From NCBI RefSeq assembly GCF_009914755.1, contig NC_060935.1: a stretch of DNA of 64,000 nucleotides, one strand, 5' to 3'. Positions 26,171 through 41,710 of the stretch are shown here, piece by piece. The notes below the pieces were generated by a model. The model searched no databases and had not been told where the DNA came from. It saw only the letters and a list, made by a program, of their open reading frames with translations. The DNA comes from the human T2T-CHM13v2.0 reference genome, Homo sapiens. The position numbers and the translations under genes are program-made. The first letter of the stretch is position 1, and each line of letters starts with the position of its first letter.

Positions 26171-27596
26171 TGAGAGGTGACAGCGTGCTGGCAGCCCTAA
26201 CAGTCCTCGCTCGCTCTGGGCACCTCCTCTGCCTGGGCACCCACTCTGGCCGTGGTTGAAGAGCCCTTCAGCCCGCCGCTGCACTGTGGGAGCCCTTTTC
26301 TGGGCTGGCCAAGACCAAAGCCGGCTCCCTCAGCTTGCGGGAGAGGCACCGGAGGGAACTGGGGCTGCAAGCTGTGCTTGCAGGCCAGCGTGAGTTCCGG
26401 GTGGGCGTGGGCTCAGCGGGCCCCCCACTCGGAGCAGCCCGCCGGCCCCGCCAGCCCCTGGCAGTGAGGGGCTTAGCACCCGGGCCAGCGGCTGCGGAGG
26501 GTGTGCTGGGTCCCCCAGCAGTGCCGGCCCACCGGCGCTGCGCTCGATTTCTCGCCGGGCCTTAGCTGCTTCCCCGTGGGGCAGGGCTCGGGACCTGCAG
26601 CCCGCCATGCCTGACCCTCCCCCCATCCGTGGGCTCCCATGCGCCCCGAGCCTCCCTGACGAGCGCCGACCCCTGCTCAAGGGCGCCCAGTCCCATCGAC
26701 CACCCAAGGGCTGGGGAGTGCGGGCGCATGGCGCGGGACTGGCAGGCAGCTCCACCTGCGGCCCTGGTGCAGATCCACTGGGTGAAGCCAGCTGGGCTCC
26801 TGAGTCTGGTGGGGACTTGGAGTACCTTTATGTCTAGCTAAGGGAATGTAAATACACCACTGGGCACTCTGTATCTAGCTCAAGGTTTGTGAACACACCA
26901 ATCAGCACCCTGTGTCTAGCTCAGGGTTTGTGAATGCACCAATCCACACTCTGTATCTAGCTACTCTGGTGGGGACTTGGAAAACCTTTGTGTCCACACT
27001 CTGTATCTAGCTCATCTAGTGGGGAGGTGGAGAACTTTCGTGTCTAGCTCAGGGATTGTAAACGCACCAATCAGCGCCCTGTCAAAACAGACCCCTCTGC
27101 TCTCTGTAAAATGGACCAATCAGCAGAATGTGGGTGGGGCCAGATAAAAGAATAAAAGCAGGCAGCCAGAGCCAGCAGTGGCAACCCGCTGGGGTCCCCT
27201 TCCACACTGTGGAAGCTTTGTTCTTTTGCTCTTTTCAATAAATCTTGCTGCTGCTCACTCTTTGGGTCCACACTGCCTTTATGAGCTGTAACACTCACGG
27301 CAAAGGTCTGCAGCTTCACTCCTGAAGCCAGCGAGACCACGAACCCACCGGGAGGAACGAACAACTCCAGATGCGCTGCCTTAAGAGCTCTAACACTCAC
27401 CGCCAGGGTCCGCGGCTTCACTCCTGAGCCAGCAAGACCACGAACCCATGAGAAGGAAGAAACTCCGAACACATCTGAACATCAGAAGGAACAAACTCCG
27501 CACACGCTGCCTTTAAGAACTGTAACACTCACCAGGAGGGTCCGCGGCTTCATTCTTGAAGTCAGTGAGACCAAGAACCCACCAATTCCGGACACA
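26171..27596 (+). mobile_element. LTR12C (ERV9) solo LTR
   Basis: TGAGAGGTGACAGCGTGCTGG...CCAATTCCGGACACA; 4-bp TSD GTAG at 26167-70 and 27597-600; CpG-rich U3 with tctagct tandem repeats. Confidence 0.97.
26830..27180 (+). promoter_or_regulatory. LTR12C enhancer/promoter: CCAAT (NF-Y) and GATA-like repeats plus an AATAAAA TATA-like box
   Basis: CCAAT at about 26898, 26939, 27067 and 27116; tatct repeats; gataaaagaataaaagc at about 27143-27159. Confidence 0.7.
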
Positions 27597-28450
27597 GTAG
27601 CATTTTGCAAAACTGTAATACGATGTCTTAACCAGGATATTGACATTGATTCAGCCAAAATATAGGACATCTCCATCATCACAAGGATCTCTCATGTTGT
27701 CCTTTTATAACCGCACCAAATTCCTTCCTGCTAACCTCTTCCTAGCCACTGGGAAACACTAATATTAACTTTTCCTTCATTTCTGTTGTTTTTCATCTCA
27801 AGAATGTGATGTGAATGGAATCGTAGAGTGTGTGACCCCTTGTGTTTGGCTATTTTCAGTGAGTACATTCTCTAGAGGTTCATGCAGATTGTTGTGTGTC
27901 TCTCTCACAGTCTGTTCTTTTTAATAGCTGAGTATTATGTCATGGTACAGATGTTCCACGGTCTGTTTAACCATTTACCCATTGAAGGACATCCAGTTTT
28001 TGACTATTAGGAACAATGCTGCTATATGTACAGGTTTTTGTGTGAATTTAAGTTTTTATTTCTCTCAGATAAGCCTCCAGGGTGTAATTGCTGGGCTAAA
28101 TTATAGAAGCATGTTGAGTTTCTTTTTTTAATAGTTTTCCTGAGTGACGGTGCATTTCCCATTTCTACCAGTAATGTGTCAGTAATCCAGTTTCTTCACA
28201 TCTTCTTCAGAATTTGGAGTTGTCACTTTAAAAACAAAATTAGCCATTCTGATAGGTGTGTAGTAATATTCATTATGGTTTAATTTGCATTTCCCTAATG
28301 GCTAATGATGCTGAACACCCTCTTATGTGCTTATTTTTCATCTGTATATCCTCCTTCGTGAAATGTTGCTTAATGTATTTTGCCCATTTTATAATTGCAT
28401 TGTTTAGTTTTTAACTATTGGGTTTTAAGAGTTCTTCATACTAGCTTTAG

Positions 28451-28749
<299 letters not shown>

Positions 28750-31700
28750 AAAAGTTCTTCATATTAGTTTTAGAAAGTAGTTATATGTTGGATTGTCCTT
28801 TACAAATATTTTCTCCTACTATGTAGCTTGTTATTATTCTCTTAACATGGTATTTTCCAGGGCAAAAGTTTTTAATGTTGATAACATCTAATGTATCAAT
28901 TTCTCCTTTTATGGATCATGTTTTGGTGGTAAGTCTAAAACCTACTTTGACTAGCCCTAGGCCTCAGAGATTTTCTTCTGCTTTTTTGTTTTCTAATAGT
29001 TTTTATAGTTTTATTTTTTACATTTCGAATAAATTTTTGTATGTGAGATGAGACTTAGGCTGATGTTCTCTAAATAGAAAGAAAACTTTGGAACATCAAA
29101 AATGAACAAAGGACAGTGTAGAGCAAAAATATAAACAAATACAATATGCTTTCCTTTTTCTCTTGAGTTTTCTAAATCACAGTTGAGTGCTGAAACAGAA
29201 GTTGCAACACTGTCTGATGTGGTTCCACATGTATGTAGTAGAAATACTTAAGATAATTGTATTATAAATGAGGAATGGCAAAAGGTCTTACAGAGAGAGA
29301 AGGTTTCTCTACTTCAGTTGAATTGCTGAAATGATGATACCAGATGAGTGTGGTGTCTGCCCATTCATCTCTATCTGTTCTTTCTCTCTCTCTCTCTCTC
29401 TCTCCCTCTCCCTGTCTCATATCTATCAATGTATCTATTATGTAATACCTAAAGGAACTATTTTAAAAACTAAAAAATTCTCTTAGTTTTTCTTCATCTG
29501 AAAATGTTTTGATTTCCTTTTCATTCCTGGAAGATATTTTTGAAGGGCACAGGATTCTGGCTTGACGGTTCTCTCCTTTCAGTACTTGAAAAACATTATG
29601 CTTTTTTCTTCTTGCCTCTTTGATTTCTGATGAGAAATTCCCTATCACTTGAACCGCTGCCCCCAGTATGTAAGTTATCCTTTTTCTCCGCCTGCTTTAA
29701 AAAATTTTTTCTTTGTTTTTAGTTTCCTGAAATGTAATTATGATATGTCATAGCATAGATTTCTTTGGGTTTAGCCTGTGTCATTTTTACTGAGTTTTTT
29801 TTTTTTTTAACTGTAGGTTAATGTCTAGTTCAAATTTGGGAATTTTTCAGCAATTATTTCATTAAGTATTTTTCATACCTGCCTTCTTTTTCCTCTCCTT
29901 CCTGCACTCTGATAACACAAATGTTAGATCTCTTCTTCGTCTCATGCTCTGGAGTTCTGTTTCTTCCTTTCAGTTTGTTTGTTCTCTGTTTTGATTGTAA
30001 AATTTCTCCTGTTCTGTCTTCCTGGTCACTTATTCTTTCTTCTGTCTCCTCTATTCTGTTGTTTTTATTTTAGTTATTATATTTTTAAGTTCTACAGTTC
30101 CCAGTGGGTTCTTTTTAATGTCTTTGATTTATTTGTTCAATTTCTATTTCTTTTCTATTTTCTTCATTTGTTTCAAGTGCATTCATAATTACTCTTTGAA
30201 GCATTTTAATTATGGCTGCTTTAAAATCTCTGATAATTCTAACATATTTGTTATCTTGGTATTGGCATCTATAGATTGCCATTTTTAATTCAGTTATGAG
30301 ATATTGCTGATTCTTGATATGACAAGTGATTTTTGATGAGAACTTGGATATTTTTGTAATATTTTCTGGAACCCTGGATCTTATTTAAACCTTCTGCTGT
30401 ACCTGGCTTTTTCTGACACTGCTACAGTAGATGAAGGTGGAGGCAATTCTTCAATACTTCTAGGTGGAAAAAAAAAGTCTAAATTCCCTACTTGGCCTCT
30501 ATTGTCACCTGAGGCAGGGGTGGGTTTCTACCTTATCATGTGGTTTTCAGAGACCATGGTGGAATGGGGGTGGCCTTGTAACCGTGGGGAAATAGTGAAA
30601 GATCTGACTCTTCAAAAGGCCCCTCTGCTTCTGCTTCCTCCCAGCAGAGAGGGAGAAGAATGCTTCGTTTATGTCGGTTGTAGTGGAAGTCCAGTCTGCT
30701 CTCAGGGCCTCTACTGACACTATGTAGAATAGTGGAGGCTTGTTACTTGCCAGCCGGGATGAAAGGTCCAGCTCCCTATTCAATCTTCTCTGGCATCATC
30801 TCAGCGGCAGTGTTGCTGTGCCTCATCACAACCTCATGAGGATGAAAATGCTGAGTCCCTACTTGGCCTTTTCTGGCATTGGCAAGTAAAGAAGGCCACT
30901 GTTTATTCTGTGGCATTTGGTTGGAGTAGAGCAGTTATTGCCTAAAAGCATTCTATCTTTCTAGGCTGCCCCTCTCCTTGTCCTTTGCCTAGAGAGAGCG
31001 GCTTCTTCTGCTTCTTCATTTTTTTTTATTTTTTTTTGTCTGCACTTGTTGGCATTTCGAGGTTGCCAACTCTTTCAGTTCTAAGTCTTAGCTATATGAG
31101 GCAAAAATAAAATCCTGGGAATTCACCATTGTGTTTTATTCAGGTCCCAAGTTCCCTTGGCAGTCTGCCTTCTCTCCACCTTTCAGAGCCTCCTTATGTT
31201 TGTTGTAAGTATAATGGCCAGGACTTTCAATTGTTGTTAGTGGGAAGAATCAGGTAAAGTACATCTATGCCATCTTCCTAGAAGCAGAAATCCCCCTGCC
31301 TTATTTTTATTACTAATCCCATCTTACAGATGAGGAAACCAAGGTATAGAATGGGTGAGTACCTTGTCCATGGTCAGACAGTTATTCAGTGGTAGAATCA
31401 AAATTTGAACTCAGGCCATCCAGTGCCAGAGTCTGGATTTAGAATTTCAATTGAAAGCATAGGTGAAGCTAATTGTCCCAATCTAATTAAGACTGTAAAA
31501 CAGTACTCATCCATGTAGGGGGATAGATAGGTTTTCATTCATACCAGCCCATGGGGGCTGAGATTGCTTGCTTCTTTGTGTTTATAAGCTATACAGGGCT
31601 GTCCACGGCTTCCACCAACTAGTGCTATGCTGGCTTTTCTAGAAATTAGCCTTACATCTTTGTTTCTAATTGGCTTTTCTGTTATTCTACTAGTACTGGC

Positions 31701-31908
31701 ACTTCATAGGAACTCCTTATAATTATTAATAGCTCACTTTGGGAAGCTTTTACTCTCCATGGATTAAACCCCATTAACTGAACCATCGCCCTATAACTGC
31801 CTGTGATCCAGCCCCCAGCCACAGAGTTTCCAGAGGTTACTCAGTATTTCCAACTGATTCTACCATATTGAAGATCAAGATGGGGTTTTCTTGGGGATGG
31901 GGACTGAC

Positions 31909-32031
31909 CTAGCTCAAGTCCCTGTTTAATAAGCCTTTGCACACAGGCATTTGGCCTGCTGCCCCTATCACAGTTCCCCTGGAGTACTTCAGCTTGCTCT
32001 CCATTTGATCCTGGTTCTTCCTCCAAAATTC
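31909..32031 (-). other. Candidate 123-nt exon of an unknown transcript
   Basis: cctatctacag|GAATT...GAGCTAG|gtcagt; purine-rich; open in phase 1; no repeat recognised. Confidence 0.25.
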
Positions 32032-32349
32032 CTGTAGATAGGGGCCAAAGGGACTACAGACCTCATCCCACTGTAGTAGATATCTTTATACCAACTATTT
32101 CAAACCATGTATTTATATTATTGTTGGATTTTTTGATAAAATCATAGACTATCAGTTCTGGAAGTAAAACCCTTTCATTTTGCAGAAAGGAAACCAGGTT
32201 GGTGGGGTTAGGGAGGGGAGTCTTATTTCACAAAATGACATAACCAAGTTATTCAGGAACTTAGCTGTGATTAGTGCTAGAAATTAAGGTTCATGGTGCC
32301 CAGTAGCCTTTGATTTTGCAGTGTGGTCTCATTAGCATACTAATTCTGC

Positions 32350-32645
32350 TTTTAAATATTTTAAATTTTTATAGATACATAATAGTTGTACATGTTTATG
32401 GGGTACATGTGAAATTTTGATACATGGATACAATGTGTAATGATCAAATCATGGTAACTGGGATATTCATCACCTTAAGCATTTATTATTTCTTTGTGTT
32501 AGGAACATCCCGATTCCATTATTCTAGTTGTTTTGAATTATAAAATTAACTCTAGTTAATTATAGTCACCCTATTGTGCTACAGAACACTAGGAGAACAC
32601 TAGGTAAGATTTCTTCTACCTAACTGTAGTTTTGTTCTCGATCCC
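32350..32645 (-). mobile_element. L1MA 3' end fragment
   Basis: atagttgtacatgtttatggggtacatgtga..tgatcaaatca. Confidence 0.85.
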
Positions 32646-32759
32646 TTATACACATTCAGCTTAAAGAATTCTCACCACTAAGACCCAAAAGTACCATGTC
32701 ACTTTTGTGCAGTTATGTTAATATCCCTTATTCTGAAATGATTCTAGCTCTTTTATAAG

Positions 32760-32990
32760 TCAGCATAATCTAGTGGTCAAGAGCACAAGATGGAATTAGA
32801 CAGCCTTGAATTCAAAGCCTGGTTCTCTCACGAATCTCAAGTACTTACCCTCTAAACTGTAGTTTCCTCACCCAATAAATGAAAGTGGTCACAGCACCTA
32901 CTGCTATGTAGGTTGTAAGATGTAAAAGACACATTCTAAAGTATTTGGGATAACATCTGCAACTTATTAGATATTAAATGTAAAGAATTT
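32760..32990 (+). mobile_element. MIR
   Basis: cagcataatctagtggtcaagagc...gtagtttcctcacc. Confidence 0.75.
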
Positions 32991-34346
32991 AGTGGTAATA
33001 TTGTCACGTATTTTTTACTCCAACCTAAACTATGAGGTAGCTTGGAAAACAAATTTATCTACATATTACAGATAAGAAAACACAAATATTACACTTGCAC
33101 AACACTTTGCAAGTATATAGGCAGCCTTTACATCTGGTTGTTCTTAGTTACTATCCAAAGGACCCATGTGGTAAATTGTACTATTCCCATTTTAGGGATG
33201 TTGACAACAGGTGAAGTGACAAAGCTAGTTAGTAACCATTGAGATGTAAACTCCGTAAAGACAAGAGCTTTGAGTGTTTGGGTATCATCATTAGGTAGAA
33301 CACTGCCTGACATGTAGTAAGCAGTAAGAAATATTTAGTGAGTGAAAAAACCAAAGTAATAAAATTATCCTCAAACAATATTAAATACTGCATGAGCACA
33401 AAGATCTCTCACTGTCTGTAGTCTGCCATCATTGTTCTTCATCTGACAGTTTTCTCCGTGTGATATTTCATATTATTGAGGGATTACTTTACCAAAGAGA
33501 ATGTCTATAATTTCTAATTTGCTCTAATAAATTTTTGGCCTTTAACAGATGCATGACAACTGTACTATACTGTGTTTTGAATTCCAATTATTATAAGACA
33601 GATGCCTGCCCTTTTCTACAAAGCTCAAAGCTTTGTGAACTTTCACTGTTAGTTGCATTTCATATTCATAAATGGACATTTTTACTAAGTGTGTGAGCAT
33701 GTGCTAAGTGTCTATTTAAATCACCCAGAGAGTTACATAGCACTTAGTTGGAGTCGATAGGAAAATATATACATATTCAAATATATTTAACACAATTTTA
33801 TAACTCTATAATATGGTCATCATCAATAAAACAGCACAACAGTAATAAAACTTGGATTTTAGTACCATTTATTTACCACTCAAGTACTGAGTTCTTTATG
33901 ATGAAGCTCTGTTTAAAGATCATTTAACACTATGACTAGCTAGAGACAGGTTCATGTCCTGACTCTCTCATCATCATGGGTTGTGTGATCTTTAGCGTTA
34001 CTTTGCTCATCTTCTTTTTTCATATGAAAATTTGGAATAATGATGATGATGATAAATATCAACTAGCATGCTCATGGTACTAACTCTATTAGGCAATGCT
34101 CACAAAAACTCATATATTATTAACAATGACCCTCTGAATGGACACTGTTTCCTCTCCAATTTACAGATGTTTGGCTCACAGGTAGAATTAAATGATTAAG
34201 TATATATGGAAAAGACTGTACTACCAGTGAAGTCCTATATATTGTTAGTTACAACAGCTTCTTTCCATCACATTTCCATGGACTATCACAATTTTTATAC
34301 AAAATCACATAGACAGACCTGGTTTTAAAGTAAGGTGCCACTTCTT

Positions 34347-34648
<302 letters not shown>

Positions 34649-35344
34649 AAGTTGCCACTTCTTATTATCTTCTGACCTTATACAATATATTTAAATATTC
34701 CAAGATTCAAATTTCTCACCTGCAAGATGGACATGATATAGAACCTAACTCATAAGATTGTTCTGAGGATTTACTGAGATGATGCTTAGTGCCTGGCATA
34801 ATTGCGCAGTAATTGCTGGTTATAATGATGATAGAGATAATGGTGAAGATAAATGTATTTATTGGGAAAGTGGAGTAGAATATTTGAAATGGTGATAGCT
34901 CCTTACATTACTTGATGATACCAAAGTTATTTCAATGCAAAACAGTTTTTGGGTACATAACCTACTACTTTTAACTATAGTGATAGTACATAACTAAAAT
35001 GTATCCTACAGTCATTCTAGCTCCAAGTCCAGTTAACTCTGTTTTATTTTATTTTTCATTAGATCCCTATAGCCTAAAAAACTTAAATGTCCTTTTAGAG
35101 TAATGTGTGTGAATCTGTTTAAATTATAACACTCTAAATTCCAAGATAGCCTAAATACTTACTAGAGATCCCAGCAAGTAAGAAAATTACCAAAAACTCA
35201 ATACATTGATGATGCAAGTTTATGCATAGAGGATGATTTATTCAAGACACAAGGCAACTACATCATCAACATAAAAAAATTGTAAAAATGTATAACTAGC
35301 AGAAGGAACTGAAGATATTTAATCTATCCCCTTTTGGAGGTCTT

Positions 35345-36255
35345 TCATGAGTCATGAAACAGAGCTTATTATTTTCCTACCCAAACTCACCTGTCCTCTT
35401 ATGTTCTATACTTCAGTAAATGATTCCTGTGGCTCCAACCAAAAATGTTGATGCCATACTCGATTCCCACCTCTCTGTTGCCATCTTTCTAAACAGTTTT
35501 CATGAGCTCAGACCTCCCTCAGATTTATTTACTTTTCTTTATTCTTGCCATCATGCTCCTTGTCTTGGCCTTCATTTTTTCCCACATGTACTACTGCAGC
35601 AGAATGTGTATTGAACATTACCCCTTCCAGTCCATTTGACATCCTATAACTAATAGGATCTTAATTTTAAAATAAGCACATCTTATCAATTCAATTTCCT
35701 TCTTTGAAATCTTCAGTGATTCCTCTGTCCCTGTAATAATGTCAAATTTTCTAATATGTTACATGGTCTACCCTTTTCCTACATCTCAAACCATCTGAAA
35801 CTTCTTTCTTTACCTTACTTACTTCTCCCTTAAAACACAACGTGAGCTTCTCCCTTAAAACATAACATGAGCACACAATGAGCTTCCTTCACTTCTTCAA
35901 CAGTGCCAAAGTTTTCTTTCCTCATCTGAATCTTTAAACTTCCCTCTGTCTAGGGAAGTTTTCTCCTCATCTTTCTTTACCTAGGTAATGGCTACTCAAC
36001 CTCAGATAGTCCATTTATTCAACAATCTCCAGGAAGCCTTCTGCAAACCTTCAACCAGATTATGTGGCTCCTTTATTGCTTCCATAGGACTCCTTGTCTA
36101 CCCTCGTTATAGCACTCAAATCTCTAAATCATAATTACCTTTCCTTTTGTGTTCCCTACTAGACTCAGTTCTTTGAGGGCACATCCTGTGTCTGATAAAT
36201 TTGTCATTGCATCCTTAGGACCCATCTTAAAACAAGGCACAAATTAGAAGTTCAA
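35345..36255 (+). mobile_element. L2 3' region
   Basis: Pyrimidine-rich L2 motifs (ccaggaagccttc, ctactagact..ctttgagggca). Confidence 0.75.
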
Positions 36256-36267
36256 CACAGATTTTTC

Positions 36268-37470
<1,203 letters not shown>

Positions 37471-40400
37471 TAAATAAAAACAAGTCAGTGTAAAGGGGTT
37501 AAATAGGGAACAATTTTAGATAAGGTAGTAAGAGAAGAAAACTTTAAGGTATTATTTGAGCAAAAAGACTTTAAAGGGAAAAATGAGCCAAGTGGATACT
37601 AAGGAACAGAGCCTTTCAGGCAGAAAGAATTAGGCAGAGTTTTTGAGGTTCAAGGGAATGATAAGGAGGCTAGTGTAGCTGGAGAACATTGAGCAGAGGG
37701 AAGAGTGGTAGTAGTCAGGTTTAGATCACACAATAATTTGTAGGCCAAAATAGACTTGAGTTTTATTCTGAGTGTACCCAAAATGATTGAAGGGTTTTAA
37801 GAATACCTGTACAGAACCTAACATTTATTTCTTAACTATTAATCATAACAAAGGATATTGAAAAACTATTCTGAGACTTTTAAGATGATTCACCTGGAGG
37901 AATGAAGTTTAGAGACATTAAAGATGTAAAGTCACAGACTGTTTTACAGATACAGAATTTAATCCCAGGTAGGCTGATTACTTTGCTAAAAATTATGCTG
38001 AAAATATATGGCCAGCAGAGATGAGAAGCCATGACTTTTGACTCCCTGCCTGGTTTACTTTTATAAGGATGAAGAAATACATGTGTTACTTGAGACCATA
38101 TACATACAAGCTCCTAAATGGCCATGATAGGTATGACAAGTAACTTCAGATGTTATTAAACTTTATCACATTTTAAATATCTATTCATAAGAATTTTCAA
38201 GGCAACAACAGAGTTGCACTTATTATTTCTGTTTCTCATAGCATGTGCCATAGAACACCGACACTGAATGTGAAAGCGCAATGAATGTGTAGTTCACTTC
38301 CTTTGAATTCTTTCTAAAGTGATCCAAAAATCATTAATTTTTCTATCAGGTATTTCTGAGCCTCTATTTTATGTAAGGTATCATGTTGGGTACTGGCATG
38401 GCAAAGATGAATATGCCATGGCATCTGTCCTCAGGGAACTTGCATCTTAGGGAGGATGACAGAAATGGAGGATAGTCATCATTGAACACAATGTGAAAAG
38501 GGGAATAATGAAACAGGACATTTTATAGTTTATCTAATGCTTTATAGTTTAACACATATAAGTATTATAATAATTTTTATTTTTACTTTTCACTTTATCT
38601 ACAATTGTGTCTAATATGCACGCTCTTATTTAATTATCTTATGATCGTCTTATTATCCTATGGGCCATAAAATTTGCCCAATTTTTCTTCATGAGAAAAC
38701 TGAATACAAGAAGGTTCAATAGCTTGGTCAAGGTCAATCAGTTTGCAGTAAAGCTTACAGTCAAACCCTAGCAGTTTGACTTTAGAAGCTACACTTTCAA
38801 AAACTCACGTATATTTTGAGAGACACTGGCTTATTTTTAAATTAAAATCTATGAGTGGTTATTTATTTTTTCACCATTTCATAGGCAAAAATGTTGGCTC
38901 CAAGGGGTTCAGAAACTTTTCAAGGTCACCATTGAGCCCACATTAAACTCCATGTTTTTTGATTCCAAGTATCATCTTATTCCACTAAAAAATGCTTCCT
39001 CTATACACATTTTTTGTGTATGTTAGAGAACTGGATGAACATAGTAATTTTGATGTGACTGGAGGTGAGGGACTTAATTAAGGAGGTGATACATGCTAAG
39101 TAGGACTACCTACTCTATTTTAAAATGTCACTGAAGAGGGATATTTTTCCACTACGAAATAGCAAGCTGCTTTTCCAGGTTAATTCTATTTCTAGAGAAT
39201 GCAAATTCAGCTTTTCATTGAAGCTACTACATTCCAGATAGTACATGCCAATTTATTTGATCATTATTTTCCCTATCATTGCCAGGCTAAATCTTCTCAA
39301 ACAAAAATCTGCTCCAATTCTTGTGCAAGCATAATTTTCTGACATTTACCTGAAAATCTAACTAGATATTGAATAAATGCAATTCCAGCTGAAATGGGCA
39401 AATGAAATTTCAATAAACTTACAGTAGTGTTTATCGTTAAAAATAACAATAACAATATTATTAAATACATGTTCATTACTGCTGTATTTATTTTATATAC
39501 ATTAAAAATGCTAATCTTCATAAAACTCAGGAGATAGGTATCCCCATTTTGCATAGGGCCTTAATGACTCCAGAAGTTAGATCACAGAGTTAAAAAGTGA
39601 ATAGGGCAGAATAAATGACAAGAAAGATGGTAAAATAAAAAACTTCAAGCCCTCTTCTCCCCACAGAAACACCAATTTAACAGCCAGCCACAGACAAAAA
39701 TAACTTTATGAGAGCTCCAGAATCCACGTGAAAGTCACAGCATAACAGTAAAGCACAGAAAAAGAAAAGATACGTTGAAAAGAGTAAGAACACTTTACCT
39801 ATAACGCCCCTTCCCCAAGCTGGCATGGCACAGTGCTGAGAGAGATCCGCTTGGTTTGTGAATTATCTAATGGCGAATAAAGAGAATGAAATGAGTATTT
39901 GACTGCCTAACTTTTCAGGGCACTATCTGAGAGACCTGTGTCTGTTGTACTTCATCTAGAACACTGAATAAATCTGCATGGCTACATCATCTAGAGGTAG
40001 CTAAGAACAAAAATAAAGGGTACAGGGGCTCTCAACAACCAGCACACAGATCTCAACAGCAATCCCACAGACCCCAGCAGCAGACCCACCCAAGTATCTT
40101 ACTAGCTGGCCTGTCTAGAATCCTTGACTAGGCTGACTGATGGAGGGCTTTTCCTGCCAAAAGCAATCTCCAAAGACAAGAAGAAGCCATTTCTTCTTCA
40201 AATATGCAGACAATAATGCAAGGCCACAAGGATAAAAAAAAAAAATCAGGAAAATATGATACCACCAAAGGAAAAAAATGAAGTTCTAATAACTGATCCT
40301 AAAGAAATGTAGTAAGTGATCCTATGAACTGCCTTACAAATAATTCAAAATTTTTTTAAAAGATCAAGGAACATAAACAGAAAAATGCATGAACTCAGGA

Positions 40401-41710
40401 AAACAATACAGGAAACAAATGAGAAATCAAAAGAAATATAGAGACCGTAAAAAAGCAACAAAGTTCTGAAGCAGAAGAATGCAATATTTGAATAGAAAAA
40501 TTTAATAGAAAGCTTCATCAGTAGATTGGATCAAGTAGAAGAAAGAAGCAGCAATCTCAGTGACAGGTCAATTGAAAATATCCAGTCAAAGGAAAACAAA
40601 GGAATAAAAATAAAAAGACTAAACAAAGCCTGAGACCTATGAGATACTATCAAACAAGCCAATTTAAGCATTATGAAAGTTTAAGAGGGAGAAGATAAAG
40701 TGGGAGAAAATTTATTTAAAGAAATAATTGCTGAAAACTTCCCAAATCTGGAGAGGGAAATAGATACTCCGGTTCATGAAGCCAAACACCACAAATAGAT
40801 TGAATCTAAAGAGACATGCACTGAAACATTTTATAATTAAATTGTCAAAAGTCAACAAAGAAGAGAATGATGAAAGCAGCAAGATAAAAATGACCTGTAA
40901 CATAGAAGAGAATCTCAATAAAATTATCAGCAGATTTCTCAGAAGCAACCTTGTAGAGTAGGAAAGATTGAGATGATATATTTAATTGCTGAAAACATGC
41001 CAACCAAAAATACTATAGTTGGCAAAACTGTCATTTAAAAATACAGAAAAGATAAAAACTTTCCTAAGCAAACACAAACTGAGCGAGTTTGTAACCACTA
41101 GACCTGCCTTACAAGAAGTGCAAAGGGAAATTGTTCAAGTTGAAATGAAAATATGCTAAACAGCAACACAAAACCATATGAAAACATAAATATCACTGGT
41201 AAAGGTAAATACAAAAAAAAAAAACCACAGAATAGTATAATACTGTAATGGTAGTGCATAAATCATTTTAAACCTAGTATAAAAGTTAAAAGACAACAGT
41301 ATTAAGAATATCTATAACTACACAAATTTGTTAACGGATTCACAACATAAAATGAAGTAAATTCTGAAATTAATAACATAAAGTTTGGGAAGGAGAAGTA
41401 AAAGTATAGTTTTTATGTATGACTGAAGTTAAGTTACTATACTAAGTTACCATTCTATAAAACAGAATATCATAACCCTAAGAAAGTTTTATCAATCATA
41501 ACGCTAAGAAAGTTTTATCATGATAACCACAAAGACAAAACCTGCAATAGATATTTTAAAAGATAAAGGAATCAAAGTATATCGTTACAAAAATAATCTA
41601 ATCATAAAGGAAGACATGAGGGGAAGAGGGAAACAAAAGAACTACAAAACATTCAGAAAACACTTTTTAAAAATGTAGTAGTGAGACCTTACCTATCAAT
41701 AATTACTTTA

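Noticed and set aside
26252-27472. Overlapping GC-rich ORFs as a CpG-island gene start
   Set aside because: They are explained by the GC-rich LTR12C, in which stop codons are scarce.
26830-27560. Regularly spaced repeats (tctagct units; ctgtaacactcacc units) resembling a CRISPR-like array
   Set aside because: These are the known U3 and U5 tandem repeats of LTR12. There are no unique spacers or cas genes, and the context is eukaryotic.
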